64,000 nucleotides of DNA from an uncultured archaeon (GCA_964517675.1 CAZFEL010000001.1:9339-73338), one strand, 5' to 3'; positions 33,251 to 43,323 are shown, counted from the first letter of the stretch. Numbers and translations: made by a program. Notes: a model not told the origin generated them from the letters alone.

Positions 33251-34555
33251 ATGCGACCGGACTACATCGATGACTGGGCAGAGCTTATCGTGGATTACTC
33301 ACTTGATATCGGAAAAGAAGACCGTTTCAGGGTCACATTCGAATACGAGGGACGACCGCTGGCCGAGGCGGTCATCGAGTACGCCGCAGAGCAGGGTGCA
33401 GACGTCTACTACGATCTCAGCGACAGCGGGCTCGATCGGGCCACCATGAAACACGAAGACGAGGACGTACTGACCGAGCCGGTACCCGAGTACAAGCTCG
33501 AGGAGGCACAGGAACTCGACAAGCGCCTCCACATCCGGGCGCCGTCGAACACCTCGGAGATGTCTGATGTGCCGGCCGAGAAGCAACAGGCATCCCGGGA
33601 CGTCACGGGGCAGGCCGAGCTGCGCGAGGAGATGATCGAGAACACCGACTGGTCACTGACCCAGTACCCGACCCAGGCCCTCGCCCAGAACGCCGGCATG
33701 TCGAGTGAGGAGTACGAAGACTTTGTCATCGATGCATGCGTCCGTGACTGGGATAAAGAGCGGCAGAACTACATGGAGCTCAAGGATATCGTCGATGAGG
33801 GCTCCGAGGCCACCATCAAGGGTAACGGGACCGAGCTTTCCTTCTCTATCGAGGGCTACGATGGCCTCGACCGGGTTGGCCTCCTGAGCGATGGCACCGC
33901 CAACGTCCCCGGCGGCGAGGTCTTCACCACACCGGAGAGACACTCCTTCGAGGGAGAGATCTACTTCGAGCTCCCTGCCATGGTCGACGGTGAGGAGGTC
34001 AAGGGTATGCACCTCGAGTTCGGCGATGACGGTCGCATCGTCGAGTACTCAGCGGAGAAAGGTGAGGACCTCCTCGAGCAGAAGATCGAGACTGATGAAG
34101 GCTCCCACTACGTCGGTGAGTTCGGTATCGGGACCAACCTCGGGATCGATACCGCGACCCGGGATATCCTGTTCGACGAGAAGATAGGCGGCACGATCCA
34201 TCTCGCGATCGGTAACGCCTACCGCGACGCTCTTGAGGCCGCGGACGATGCCTACGATGACCTCGATCACGATATCGACGATGACGAGTTCGAGGAGCTC
34301 CAGGAACGGACCATCCAGGCCCTCAAGAAGGACATGTACGACAGCGTCCTGACCTCAGTCTCCAACGAGAAGCGCCAGGTCATGGCCTCGATCCGGGATC
34401 GGTACGAGGACCTCGAGGAGACGAAAGACGGCCAGCAGAACCGCTCTGTCGTCCACTGGGACATGATCAAAGACCTCAGGGAAACAGGCGAGCTGTGGAT
34501 CGACGACCATCTCGTCCTTGAGGACGGTGATTTTGTCGGCCTGGAGGACCTGTAG
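33251..34555 (+). CDS. aminopeptidase, M29 family (AmpS/PepS-like)
   Basis: 434 aa from ATG 33251. The N-terminal region, the GGEVFTTP block and HYVGEFGIGTN are typical of M29 thermophilic aminopeptidases. Confidence 0.75.
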   Translation: MRPDYIDDWAELIVDYSLDIGKEDRFRVTFEYEGRPLAEAVIEYAAEQGADVYYDLSDSGLDRATMKHEDEDVLTEPVPEYKLEEAQELDKRLHIRAPSNTSEMSDVPAEKQQASRDVTGQAELREEMIENTDWSLTQYPTQALAQNAGMSSEEYEDFVIDACVRDWDKERQNYMELKDIVDEGSEATIKGNGTELSFSIEGYDGLDRVGLLSDGTANVPGGEVFTTPERHSFEGEIYFELPAMVDGEEVKGMHLEFGDDGRIVEYSAEKGEDLLEQKIETDEGSHYVGEFGIGTNLGIDTATRDILFDEKIGGTIHLAIGNAYRDALEAADDAYDDLDHDIDDDEFEELQERTIQALKKDMYDSVLTSVSNEKRQVMASIRDRYEDLEETKDGQQNRSVVHWDMIKDLRETGELWIDDHLVLEDGDFVGLEDL

Positions 34556-34560
34556 CCAGG

Positions 34561-35547
34561 TCAGTCCTCCAGCAGCTCGGCGAACCGGTCCGAAGCCTCT
34601 CCAGCCGTCTCCGAGCGCATGGTGTGAAAGTACACGAGCCCGGCGAGTTGCTCCCGGCGCCTGTGATTGTCCTGGCCTGATCGGTGGACCTCGATATCGA
34701 TGTCATCGAACCTGAGACGGCTCTCGATTCCGGTGTAGCCAAGATGGCCGTCTCCGACGATCATCGCGACGGTACCGTCGGTCTGTTCGATGTGGTTCCT
34801 GGCCGTCTCGACCATCGAGCTCTCGCGTTGCCTGGTCTCGCGCTCGAGCGTGCTGACGGCTTCCTGTGCCGGTCCGAGGAACCCGTCCTGATCCGAATCA
34901 ATATCGATGTCGATAGCGGCCCTGTCACGATCGCAGCCCGCGACGATGACCTCCTCGCCCCGGCGGCGCCGTTCGGCGGCGTGATCGTAGATCTCGTGCG
35001 AGAGGCGGGTGAGCGTGTCCTGCTCGACAGCGAGGTACTCGTAGAACTCCACCATCTCCTCGATCGTATCGTCCCCATCCGATACCTCATCGATAGTGTC
35101 CGCTAGACGCTCGAGGACACCTGCATCGAAGTCATACACCGGTGTGCTCGCCAGGTCGTCAGGATCGTCGGGTCCTTCATCGCCGAATCCGGGGTCGATC
35201 CCAGCAAGGCCGTACAGCGCGGCCCGGGGCGCCTCACGGATGTGCTCATATGTCGCTTCCAGATAGTCTGTGACGTCAGGATCGACAGCTTCGTACAGTT
35301 GTTCGCCATCAGGTAGTGGATCGTCGCCGTACTCCGACCGGAGGCACTCCCTAGCCCGCTCGATGGTGCCGAAGCTGTCGTACAGCTCGATGAGTCTCTC
35401 GGCCTCGCTTCCCTTTATGCCCCCGAGTTCCTCAAGCAGGATGGCCTCCGGCTCCCGGTCTTCGATGTCAGCGACATAGCGGTCCCTGTCCGGGGCATGG
35501 AGGTGGTCCTCCCCGTACAGCACCAGTTCAGGCTCGCGGTCGGTCAT
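34561..35547 (-). CDS. TraB/GumN/Tiki-like family protein (hypothetical), paralog of 4323..5114
   Basis: LVLYGEDHLH near the N-terminus and AMIVGDGHLGYTGIESRL near the C-terminus parallel LIGEQHT / VIGVIGRYHHRGVRERL in 4323..5114. Confidence 0.45.
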   Translation of the reverse strand: MTDREPELVLYGEDHLHAPDRDRYVADIEDREPEAILLEELGGIKGSEAERLIELYDSFGTIERARECLRSEYGDDPLPDGEQLYEAVDPDVTDYLEATYEHIREAPRAALYGLAGIDPGFGDEGPDDPDDLASTPVYDFDAGVLERLADTIDEVSDGDDTIEEMVEFYEYLAVEQDTLTRLSHEIYDHAAERRRRGEEVIVAGCDRDRAAIDIDIDSDQDGFLGPAQEAVSTLERETRQRESSMVETARNHIEQTDGTVAMIVGDGHLGYTGIESRLRFDDIDIEVHRSGQDNHRRREQLAGLVYFHTMRSETAGEASDRFAELLED

Positions 35548-35606
35548 GGCAGATTCCCATCATGTAGTTCCCATCCTGCACTATTAAGTATTGATGTTAC
35601 CAATGC

Positions 35607-36143
35607 GTGACTACAATGGTCGACGACGTATCGGTCCGGCGACTCGCAGACGGTCTCGACAGCCACAGCTGTGCCGCGGTGGAAGAACACTGCCGGCAGC
35701 TCGATGCCTGCCTTGAGGAGGAGCTGTACGGCTCGGCCGTGGTGGCACTCAGCGCCGGGTTCGAATCGATGCTGCGGGAGGGACTGATCGATGAGCTGGA
35801 AGGACACGACGATTACCTTGCAGAGCGACGGATCGAGGCGATCGAAGACGGTGATGCCCGATACGTCGGTGTGCTGGAGGAGGCACAGGACCGGGACGTG
35901 ATAGACGATGATATACACGGGATACTGGATGGACTGCGTGACGAACGTAACGAATACGTCCACTCAGACAGCCGCGCCATCAGCAGGGCGGATGTCGATG
36001 ACCACGGCGATCTCGAGGGAGCTCACGAACTCTACCGGCACGTCATCGAAGAGACCGGTATCGATGACCTCGAAACACAGGAAAAGACCGTTCCACGGTG
36101 GGAAAAGCGGCTGCCGATCAGAAGGGTTCGATTCACGTGTTGA
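35607..36143 (+). CDS. hypothetical acidic protein, paralog pair member A
   Basis: 178-aa ORF. Its C-terminal about 25 aa are basic and atypical (possible frame problem). Confidence 0.45.
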   Translation: MTTMVDDVSVRRLADGLDSHSCAAVEEHCRQLDACLEEELYGSAVVALSAGFESMLREGLIDELEGHDDYLAERRIEAIEDGDARYVGVLEEAQDRDVIDDDIHGILDGLRDERNEYVHSDSRAISRADVDDHGDLEGAHELYRHVIEETGIDDLETQEKTVPRWEKRLPIRRVRFTC

Positions 36144-36531
36144 ATCCCTGATCGATGAGGGCTGTGCCGGTCTTGCGCTCGTCCATCTCAACAGATACCT
36201 TGAAGCCGTCATCGTCGAGGACATCGAGGATCACGAGGCCGGGCACCTCGAGTGGTACAGCGCAGACATCGACTACGACCGGGCGCTGGAGCGGGCCCGC
36301 AACCAGCAGGTCGATGAAAGCAGTGAGTACTCTCTAGTCGATGTCGAGGGACTCGATGGGATTGACAGCGATCAGTACTGCTTCCAGGTCCTCGATGAGA
36401 TAGCCTCTGCCCGGCAGGACTATGCCCACGACATCGAGGCCTACGGTGACGGCGAGGTCGGCCATCACGAGACCATCAGTGTCGAAGAGGCCGCAGAATA
36501 CGGTCTCGAAATCGTCAGGCAACTGCCCTGA
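36064..36531 (+). CDS. hypothetical acidic protein, paralog pair member B (start uncertain; overlaps A by about 80 nt)
   Basis: SLIDEGCAGLALVHLNRYLEAVIVEDIEDHEAGH parallels ESMLREGLIDELEGHDDY in member A. The only in-frame ATG is at 36064. Confidence 0.35.
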   Translation: MTSKHRKRPFHGGKSGCRSEGFDSRVESLIDEGCAGLALVHLNRYLEAVIVEDIEDHEAGHLEWYSADIDYDRALERARNQQVDESSEYSLVDVEGLDGIDSDQYCFQVLDEIASARQDYAHDIEAYGDGEVGHHETISVEEAAEYGLEIVRQLP

Positions 36532-37086
36532 TCACCACGGCTCGTCCTTCAGGCCTGCGTGATAGCCCACGATGTTGATCGTCACGTGGACTGGAGGGGT
36601 CAGGATGAGGATGACAGCCAGGACCTCGACGGTGAGGACAATCGAGAGCCAGTCCCAGGCAGAAACGGCGGTGAGACCGAGGGACCCGATCACGAAATCG
36701 AGCTGGTCCAGTCCCGGGAACGGTGCACCGCGTTCGCGTCCGCTGCGCCGCTTGATGAACGATGCTATCACGTCACCGAGCAGGGCACCGGCAGGCAGCG
36801 CGATCATCGCAGTCAGCGGGAACGAGAACAGGTCCACAGCGGCCATCCCCTCGACAAGAGGCAGCAGCCGGTTCATGATGGCGGCAAGGACGGCACCTGC
36901 AAGGATCCCGCCTGCCGTCCCGCGCCAGGTCTTCCCATCGCCGAGGAGTCTTTCCCCGCGGAACGTCCTGCCGCCATCGATCGGTGGTCCGCCACCTGTC
37001 ACGACGGCGGCACTGTTAGGCAGGTAGGCAGGCAGCATCAGCCAGATAGCGGTCAGGAGTATCTCTAACACCGTCCTCACGCTCAC
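36532..37086 (-). CDS. carS: CDP-archaeol synthase
   Basis: KTWRGTAGG ... LGDVIASFIKRR CarS/DUF46 signature with five TM helices. Confidence 0.85.
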   Translation of the reverse strand: MSVRTVLEILLTAIWLMLPAYLPNSAAVVTGGGPPIDGGRTFRGERLLGDGKTWRGTAGGILAGAVLAAIMNRLLPLVEGMAAVDLFSFPLTAMIALPAGALLGDVIASFIKRRSGRERGAPFPGLDQLDFVIGSLGLTAVSAWDWLSIVLTVEVLAVILILTPPVHVTINIVGYHAGLKDEPW

Positions 37087-37172
37087 CCCGGTATGGGCGA
37101 GACCGGTATTTAACAGCGCCGGGCCAGCACATAAATACGTCCAGCCACCATCCCCGCAGGTGCGGTGACAGG

Positions 37173-37694
37173 ATGGACGGGTTCAACCACGAGGCTCGGA
37201 TGAGTACTTTCGCAGGTCCGAAGGACGCTGTCTCTGTTCTCAATCTTCTCGCCGGGTTCGCGTCGATCGTGTTCGCCCACGAGGGGATGCTCCTCTATGC
37301 CGCCGGCGCTCTTCTCGCAGCAGCGATCGCTGATGCCCTGGATGGATGGGTCGCCCGGACGTTTTTCACCCCGACGGAGTTCGGTGAGGCCATCGATATC
37401 GCTGACCTGGTCTCGTTCGGAGCCGCACCGGCATTCCTCCTGATCGTCTGGCTCGGGCGGACGACAGCAGTCAATATCGTCGCCCTGGTCGTTGTCACAG
37501 CTGCCCTGCTCCGTCTGGCGCGGTTCCAGGTCAGGGACGAACACGAGGATGGCTGGGTCGGGATCCCGATCACCGTCAACGGCGTCCTGTACCCCGTCCT
37601 TTTCATCCTCGATCCTCCCGCGGTCGTGATCCTGGCGGTCGCTACCATCATGTCGTATCTCAACATCAGCGCCATCAACGTGCCAAAGCCGTGA
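37173..37694 (+). CDS. CDP-alcohol phosphatidyltransferase family protein (archaetidyl-headgroup synthase)
   Basis: DALDGWVAR ... GEAIDIAD motif (D-G-x2-A-R ... G-x3-D-x3-D). Divergent from carS. Confidence 0.8.
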   Translation: MDGFNHEARMSTFAGPKDAVSVLNLLAGFASIVFAHEGMLLYAAGALLAAAIADALDGWVARTFFTPTEFGEAIDIADLVSFGAAPAFLLIVWLGRTTAVNIVALVVVTAALLRLARFQVRDEHEDGWVGIPITVNGVLYPVLFILDPPAVVILAVATIMSYLNISAINVPKP

Positions 37695-37698
37695 TACC

Positions 37699-38169
37699 AT
37701 GGACGAGGTCACACTGCATGAGACAGAGGACCTGGCCCTGATCGAGCGCATGGCCGGCGATCACGAGCATATCAACCGTCCGACAGCGAATCATACGGCA
37801 AAGACCCATTTTCTCGCGATGCGGGACGACGAGCGGATCGGGACGGGCTGGATCCGGGTCATCGCCAGCAAGATCGGTGTGATAGGTGGCATGTACATCG
37901 AAGAGGAGTACCGCGGTCAGGGACTGGGCGAGGAGCTGTTCGACGCGCTGTGCGAGCGGGTCAGGCGGCGGAACTGCCGCTTCATCGTGCTGGGCGTCCA
38001 CCGTGACAATCGGGCGGCGATCTCGCTGTACCGCAAGAAAGGGTTCCGGACGATCGTCCCGTGGATCCCCGGCATCAACACGGATTCCCGCCTCGTCAGG
38101 ACGGTGGAGGACCTCATATCGATACCGCTACCCCCGCACACGACCAAGCTGATGGCCAAGGTGATCTGA
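37699..38169 (+). CDS. GNAT family N-acetyltransferase
   Basis: RGQGLGEELF ... motif A region with the typical acetyl-CoA-binding core. Confidence 0.7.
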   Translation: MDEVTLHETEDLALIERMAGDHEHINRPTANHTAKTHFLAMRDDERIGTGWIRVIASKIGVIGGMYIEEEYRGQGLGEELFDALCERVRRRNCRFIVLGVHRDNRAAISLYRKKGFRTIVPWIPGINTDSRLVRTVEDLISIPLPPHTTKLMAKVI

Positions 38170-38511
38170 TGGACGATGGACTTCGTGAGGCTGCACAGCG
38201 CCTGTACAGCGACGATCTCCCGTACCACAACACCATCCACATGCATGATACTCTCGAGGCCGCCGGGGACCTACTGGAGCGATGCCGGCTACCACGCGAC
38301 CACGAAGACCGTGGCTTCGACTCGAAGGAGGCCTACAGCGCCCATCTGGCAGGCGAGGTGCTGGACGATCACGGGATCGATGAGAGACGATCGTCGGGCC
38401 GCGGACCTCGCCGGACTGGCGGCGGATTATGCCACGTTCGTGGAAAACGCCATGGCGCTGAAGGACGAGATCGAGATGCTCCACGGCGAGAAGATGGACA
38501 AGGAAGACTAG
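38169..38511 (+). pseudogene. HD-domain protein interrupted by an apparent frameshift near 38385
   Basis: Frame 1 reads MDDGLREAAQRLYSDDLPYHNTIHMHDTLEAAGDLL ... GIDE and then degenerates. Frame 3 continues DDRRAADLAGLAADYATFVENAMALKDEIEMLHGEKMDKED to the stop at 38511. Confidence 0.4.
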
Positions 38512-38768
38512 CTCCAGGAGATCGAGGGCACGATCAGGTTCTATCTCTCGCAGGATATCCACCTAACTCCAGAGCACGACAGCAAGGGCGTCTCGGCTTC
38601 CACGCCAGGACAAGGCCCAACCTGTGCCGGTTCCTCAAGGAACACCTGACTAGACGGGGACGGTCAGCAGGAGACCACCATGATGACGACGAGCCAGGTA
38701 TCACCGCATGCATACTGTCTGTGATGGGGAGCAAGGGCCGAAACTAAGCTGTGGGACAGGAGCCGAAC

Positions 38769-39232
38769 CTACTCCCACATCGCGATGAACCTGTCCGAGG
38801 CCTCCTTGAGGACCGCATCGTACCGGTCCAGCGCCCGCCGTGTGATGTTCGTGGTCGAGTAGACCGTCGAGCGACCCTCTCTGGCGACATCCAGGACATC
38901 GTCTTCCTCCAGGATCGTCAGGTGGTGTGAGACCGTCGAGACGGACTTGGTGATGGCCTCCGCGATCGAAGACAGGTTCCTGTCCTGTTCATCCACGACC
39001 CTGACGATCCGGCCTCTCGTATCGTGGTTCAGGGCAGCCAGCGGCCCGTGGAGGTCCTCCTGGATGTCCGGAGGGAAGATGCGGCGGTACCCCCTGATGT
39101 GTTCGTCCTCCAGGCGGGAGCGCTCGAGATGATAGTCCAGCGTCGTGCTCGAGCAATCGATCTCCCGCTTGAGTTGACGGAAGTGGATGCCCGGGTTCGA
39201 TCGGACCGTCTCCACGATGCGGGCCTTCACCG
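38769..39232 (-). CDS. double winged-helix transcriptional regulator (ArsR/TrmB-like)
   Basis: GTG start overlapping the upstream stop (GTGA). Two HTH-like segments (RIVETVRSNPGIHFRQL...; NLSSIAEAITKSVSTVSHHLTILEE). Confidence 0.5.
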
Positions 39233-39556
39233 CATCACCCCGTAGAAAAACAGCGCAAGGATGATGAGGTTCAACGCGTGGACGATGGCAGTCACAGGCG
39301 AGGGAAGACCATAGACGACCGACACGAGGGTCAGGGCCTCTTTGAGCATGAAGACGCCGAAGGCAACACAGACATACAGGAACCGCCGGGACCGTTTCTT
39401 TCTGTAGGCCCGCAGCGAGACAGTGAAGAGCCCAACAGCCACCAGAATCGTCATGGCGTGGACGGCGATGTCGATCGTCGTGCCCTCGACCATACCGGGA
39501 GATAGGCGCCCAAGATATTTCAACATGTCCCGTTTCGACACGCGTCCCAGAAACAA
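39227..39556 (-). CDS. small membrane protein (3 TM), coupled to the downstream regulator
   Basis: 109-aa hydrophobic ORF ending 5 nt inside the start of 38769..39232. Confidence 0.45.
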   Translation of the reverse strand: MFLGRVSKRDMLKYLGRLSPGMVEGTTIDIAVHAMTILVAVGLFTVSLRAYRKKRSRRFLYVCVAFGVFMLKEALTLVSVVYGLPSPVTAIVHALNLIILALFFYGVMR

Positions 39557-39585
39557 AGTAAAGGCACTGCATCCGATCGCGGTAC

Positions 39586-40395
39586 ATGTCAGAGGAATGC
39601 AGCTTCTGTGGGGAGATCTTCGAAGGAGAGGATTGCCTTCACGTCCACTGGGGTGAGGAACATGACGACGAGCTCACCTCCCACCAGGACGAGACATACC
39701 GGAAGGCAAAGAAAAAGATCGAGGAACAGCAGGAAGCAGCACGGCAGCGGCACAGGCAGAAGGTCCGGAAGTACGGCGAGTATGCGCTGTTTGCAGTCCT
39801 TTTCCTCGGGATAGGAGGTCTCGTCGCGGGCCAGATCCAGTTCAGTTCCGGGGAGACACCGGAAGGCGACGTTTCGTTCGACCTGGAGGGACAGCCGATG
39901 CTCGGTGATGCGAACGCATCGGTTACGGTCGTGGAGGTCTCGGACTACCAGTGCGGCCACTGCAAGCGGTTCCACGAGCAGGTCCTGCCCCGTATCAAGG
40001 ACGAATACATCGAGACCGGGCAGGTGAAACTGTACTCGTTCAACTACGCCTTCCTCGGGCAGAATTCGGTCGATGCCGCGGTCGGTGCGGAATGCGTCTA
40101 CGAGGAGAGCGAGACGGCCTACCGGGAGTTCAGCGACCGGATGTACGAGCGGCAGTTAGAGCTCCAGCAGGAGGGACAGGAGGTCGTCCTCGATGTCGCC
40201 GACACCGTCCTGGGGAAAAGCTCGGTGGAGACCTGTATAACCGGTCGGAAGACACTCGATGCGGTCAGGGATGACCGTCGACAGGGAGAGGAAAGCGGGG
40301 TCGAGGGCACACCGACGATCTTCGTCGATGGCAGACAGCTGGACAGCTATGACTACGCCACCGTCAGCGCGGCCATCGATCGGGCGCTTGACTAG
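39586..40395 (+). CDS. membrane-anchored DsbA-like thioredoxin-fold oxidoreductase with an N-terminal C2H2-type zinc finger
   Basis: CSFCGEIFEGEDCLHVHWGEEH zinc finger, a TM helix, then a thioredoxin fold with CGHC active site and DsbA-like C-terminus. Confidence 0.75.
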   Translation: MSEECSFCGEIFEGEDCLHVHWGEEHDDELTSHQDETYRKAKKKIEEQQEAARQRHRQKVRKYGEYALFAVLFLGIGGLVAGQIQFSSGETPEGDVSFDLEGQPMLGDANASVTVVEVSDYQCGHCKRFHEQVLPRIKDEYIETGQVKLYSFNYAFLGQNSVDAAVGAECVYEESETAYREFSDRMYERQLELQQEGQEVVLDVADTVLGKSSVETCITGRKTLDAVRDDRRQGEESGVEGTPTIFVDGRQLDSYDYATVSAAIDRALD

Positions 40396-41492
40396 AGCCA
40401 GCCCTTCCGCCTGAAGAAATACGTCATCCCGATCCCGATGGCAAGCATCAGCCCAAGGACCGCAGGATAGCCCCAGTACCAGCCGAGCTCCGGCATGCTG
40501 AGCGGTGAGGCGGCAGGATCGAAGTTCATGCCATAGACCCCGGCGATGAATGTCAGCGGGATGAAGATCGTCGCGATGATGGTGAGGACCTTCATGACCT
40601 CGTTCATCCGGTTCGATATGCTCGATAGATAGACATCCAGGGTCCCGGAGAGAACATCGCGGAAGCTCTCGACGATATCGATGATCTGGATCGTGTGATC
40701 GTAGACGTCACGGAAGTACGGCCGTGTCGCCTCATCGATGAGATCGGAACCGGTCCGTTCCAGCTTCGATATCGTCTCCCTGAGCGGCCAGACGGACTTC
40801 CGGAGGAAGATAAGCTCGCGTTTGGTCTCATGGACCTGCTTCAGGATCTCCTGCTGGGGGTCTTCGACGAGATCGTCCTCGAGGAACTCGATACGGTCAC
40901 TGATCGATTCCAGGACGCCGAAGTAGTTATCGACGACGGCATCAAGGAATGCATAGGCGAGGTAATCCGCCCCTCGACTGCGTATCTGGCCTTTCCCGTT
41001 CCTGATACGTTCTCTCACGCCATCAAAGACATCGCCTCTCTTTTCCTGGAAGGAAATGACCAGTCCCTCCCCGAACAGTATGCTGACCTGTTCCGAGCGG
41101 ATGTGGTCGTCCTCGTAGGTCAGCATCTTGAGGACGAGATAGACGTGATCGTCAAGATCTTCCATCTTCGGGCGCTGGTCCGTATTCAGGATGTCCTCCT
41201 GGATCAGTGGATGGACATCGAGGCGGTCGCCGATCGTGCCGATGACCGCTTCATCGTGGAGCCCGTCGACGTTGATCCAGGTGACGGTGCTGTCATCGAG
41301 GCGGTCGAGGGCGTCCTCGATCGTCCCGACATCGGTCTCATCGAACCCGTCCGCATCGTAATCGATCATCGTGACCGTGACATCATCCTGCCTGCGGTCA
41401 CCGACATGCACGAGGCTGCCAGGAGCGGCACCGCTTTTCTCGCTCCTGTCCTTCAGGAACCGGTCCAGCCCGTCATCCTCGTCCATCGTCAC
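40392..41492 (-). CDS. corA: magnesium/cobalt transporter CorA
   Basis: C-terminal two TM helices with the YGMNF (GMN) signature. 366 aa. Confidence 0.9.
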   Translation of the reverse strand: MTMDEDDGLDRFLKDRSEKSGAAPGSLVHVGDRRQDDVTVTMIDYDADGFDETDVGTIEDALDRLDDSTVTWINVDGLHDEAVIGTIGDRLDVHPLIQEDILNTDQRPKMEDLDDHVYLVLKMLTYEDDHIRSEQVSILFGEGLVISFQEKRGDVFDGVRERIRNGKGQIRSRGADYLAYAFLDAVVDNYFGVLESISDRIEFLEDDLVEDPQQEILKQVHETKRELIFLRKSVWPLRETISKLERTGSDLIDEATRPYFRDVYDHTIQIIDIVESFRDVLSGTLDVYLSSISNRMNEVMKVLTIIATIFIPLTFIAGVYGMNFDPAASPLSMPELGWYWGYPAVLGLMLAIGIGMTYFFRRKGWL

Positions 41493-41528
41493 GGTGTTGG
41501 GTGCTGCAGCTTAAATGCATGTGGCCGG

Positions 41529-42272
41529 TCACATCCGCCGGTTCCACTCGTCCGTGTCGAACCGCTCCGCGCGGAGCCGCTCTGCCTCCCGAATCGTATC
41601 CTCCGAGATCGATCCGTGATCGCCGCCGTAGGTGTCCTGGAACGTTTCGACCATCGCATCGATGACAGCCGAGCGGCCAAGGTCGATGTGGTCGTTCATC
41701 ACAGCGACGCGTTTCTCCGCGGACGTGATGGCCTTATCGGAGATCTTGTCCTTCCCGATGCGGAGACAGCGCAGCATCTCCTCGATATCGAGATCATAGC
41801 TCAGTGTCGCGTGGTGCAAAACAGCGTCACCGGACCGGAGCTGGGCTGCACCCCCGATCTTGCCCTCCGGATGCATGATGTCGTTGAGCGGCTCGTGGCT
41901 GACATCGAGACCGATATCCTGGAGTGCCTCGACCGCCCAGGCATCAAGGTCGGCATAGCTCTGCTCGATGTCGTCACCGACCTCCTCCCGGGGCAGGTAC
42001 ATGGAATACGTCACCACACTGCCCGGCTCGACGTACATCGCGCCACCACCCGTGACCCTGCGGATGACAGGGACGCCCTGATCGTCGACGTACTCGACCT
42101 GAACCTCGTCCGCGAAGGCCTGGAACCGGCCCAGCGGGACCGCGGGGGTCTCCCTGTACCAGAACCGCAGCGTTGGCCCGATCTCGCCTGCTGCGAGCCG
42201 ATCGGCCAGGATCTGGTCGAGGGCATGGTGCATCGCTTCAGGCCTGCTGGCGTCGTCCTGGATGATCCGCAT
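41529..42272 (-). CDS. lplA: lipoate-protein ligase A, catalytic (BPL/LPL) domain
   Basis: RRVTGGGAMY ... HEPLNDIM ... KIGGAAQLR lipoyl/biotin ligase catalytic motifs. Confidence 0.85.
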   Translation of the reverse strand: MRIIQDDASRPEAMHHALDQILADRLAAGEIGPTLRFWYRETPAVPLGRFQAFADEVQVEYVDDQGVPVIRRVTGGGAMYVEPGSVVTYSMYLPREEVGDDIEQSYADLDAWAVEALQDIGLDVSHEPLNDIMHPEGKIGGAAQLRSGDAVLHHATLSYDLDIEEMLRCLRIGKDKISDKAITSAEKRVAVMNDHIDLGRSAVIDAMVETFQDTYGGDHGSISEDTIREAERLRAERFDTDEWNRRM

Positions 42273-42541
42273 CAGGCAGTCACCTCCCGGAGGGCCTCAA
42301 CGATGTGTTCTGGTCCGAAACCGATCATCTCGGCCTCTATCCCTTCGATCCGTTCGATGAGTTTTTCATCATCGACGTCCACGTCGGTACCCTCGATAAC
42401 GGCCTCGATATCCTCGAGGGCTTCAGGTGGTTCGAGGAAGAAATCGCCTGTTATGGTGACGTCCTCGAAGACGTCGCTGTAGGTTGTCTCGACGCGGACG
42501 AGCTTGCCTCCTTCGACCTTGACGGATGCCTCTCCGTGCAT
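42272..42541 (-). CDS. lipoate-protein ligase C-terminal domain protein (LplB-like)
   Basis: Separate small gene immediately upstream of and overlapping lplA, as in the split archaeal LplA/LplB arrangement. Start at the internal ATG 42541. Confidence 0.65.
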   Translation of the reverse strand: MHGEASVKVEGGKLVRVETTYSDVFEDVTITGDFFLEPPEALEDIEAVIEGTDVDVDDEKLIERIEGIEAEMIGFGPEHIVEALREVTA

Positions 42542-42603
42542 GGGCGGGACTCGGGCCTCGAGGTGTTTAAAGCTGTCGCGGTGTCGGCCGGAGTTTATTA
42601 AAC

Positions 42604-42867
42604 ATGAGTAACGAAGTACAACCATATGAATACTCACGGATCGTCGGGTTCGTGTCCGGCAAAGGCGGGGTCGGGAAGACCACCCTGACCGAACTGGGCA
42701 ACGACGTCACCGTGATCGATACCGATTTCTCGGCCTCGAACCTAGCGACATACCTGGGGCATTACGATCATCCTGTCAACATCCAGGACGTCCTCCATGA
42801 CCTCCGGCTTGACACCGAACTCGGCGGTGAGACTTCGCTCCACCGCCTCCGGGGTCGACTCCGATGA
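42604..42867 (+). pseudogene. degenerate MinD/ParA-like ATPase fragment
   Basis: GFVSGKGGVGKTTLT Walker A and VIDTDFSASNL match MinD, but about 17 aa are missing between them and the ORF stops after 87 aa. Confidence 0.35.
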
Positions 42868-43323
42868 TGCATCGAACCCGACGGACCGGGTCCCCGCATG
42901 GGCCGTCTTGCTCGACCCGTAGAACGCGTCTGGCATATCCTCGACATCGAGAGCCTGCAGGACCGCAGCGCGTCCATCTTCCTTCAGCTGGAAGTTCGCA
43001 TACAGCAGGACCTCCACCTCGCCCATCTTCAAGAACAGTTCCGGCGGGCCGTGTCCCTGCTGGATAAGCTTGACGACACCGATATCCGCCTCCCTCCGAT
43101 CATCCGTCGATACAGACTCCCCCTGACTCTCCGATCCGTTCGTTCCCGGGGCATCATCACCGGAACCAAGCCCATCGCCGTCCTCGATACCACCGTCTTC
43201 CTCATCTTTGACCTCCTCGAGCTTCTCGCGTACCTTCTGTGCCTTCTCCAGCCATTCATCGTCATCAGAAGCGATATCCTCCTTGCTATCGTCGGTATCC
43301 GTTGCCGATCTATCCTCGGGCAT
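42742..43323 (-). CDS. hypothetical highly acidic protein
   Basis: ORF 42742..43377 with ATG at 43323. Its N-terminus overlaps the zinc-finger ORF in another frame (possible frameshifted fusion). Confidence 0.35.
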   Translation of the reverse strand: MPEDRSATDTDDSKEDIASDDDEWLEKAQKVREKLEEVKDEEDGGIEDGDGLGSGDDAPGTNGSESQGESVSTDDRREADIGVVKLIQQGHGPPELFLKMGEVEVLLYANFQLKEDGRAAVLQALDVEDMPDAFYGSSKTAHAGTRSVGFDASSESTPEAVERSLTAEFGVKPEVMEDVLDVDRMIVMPQVCR

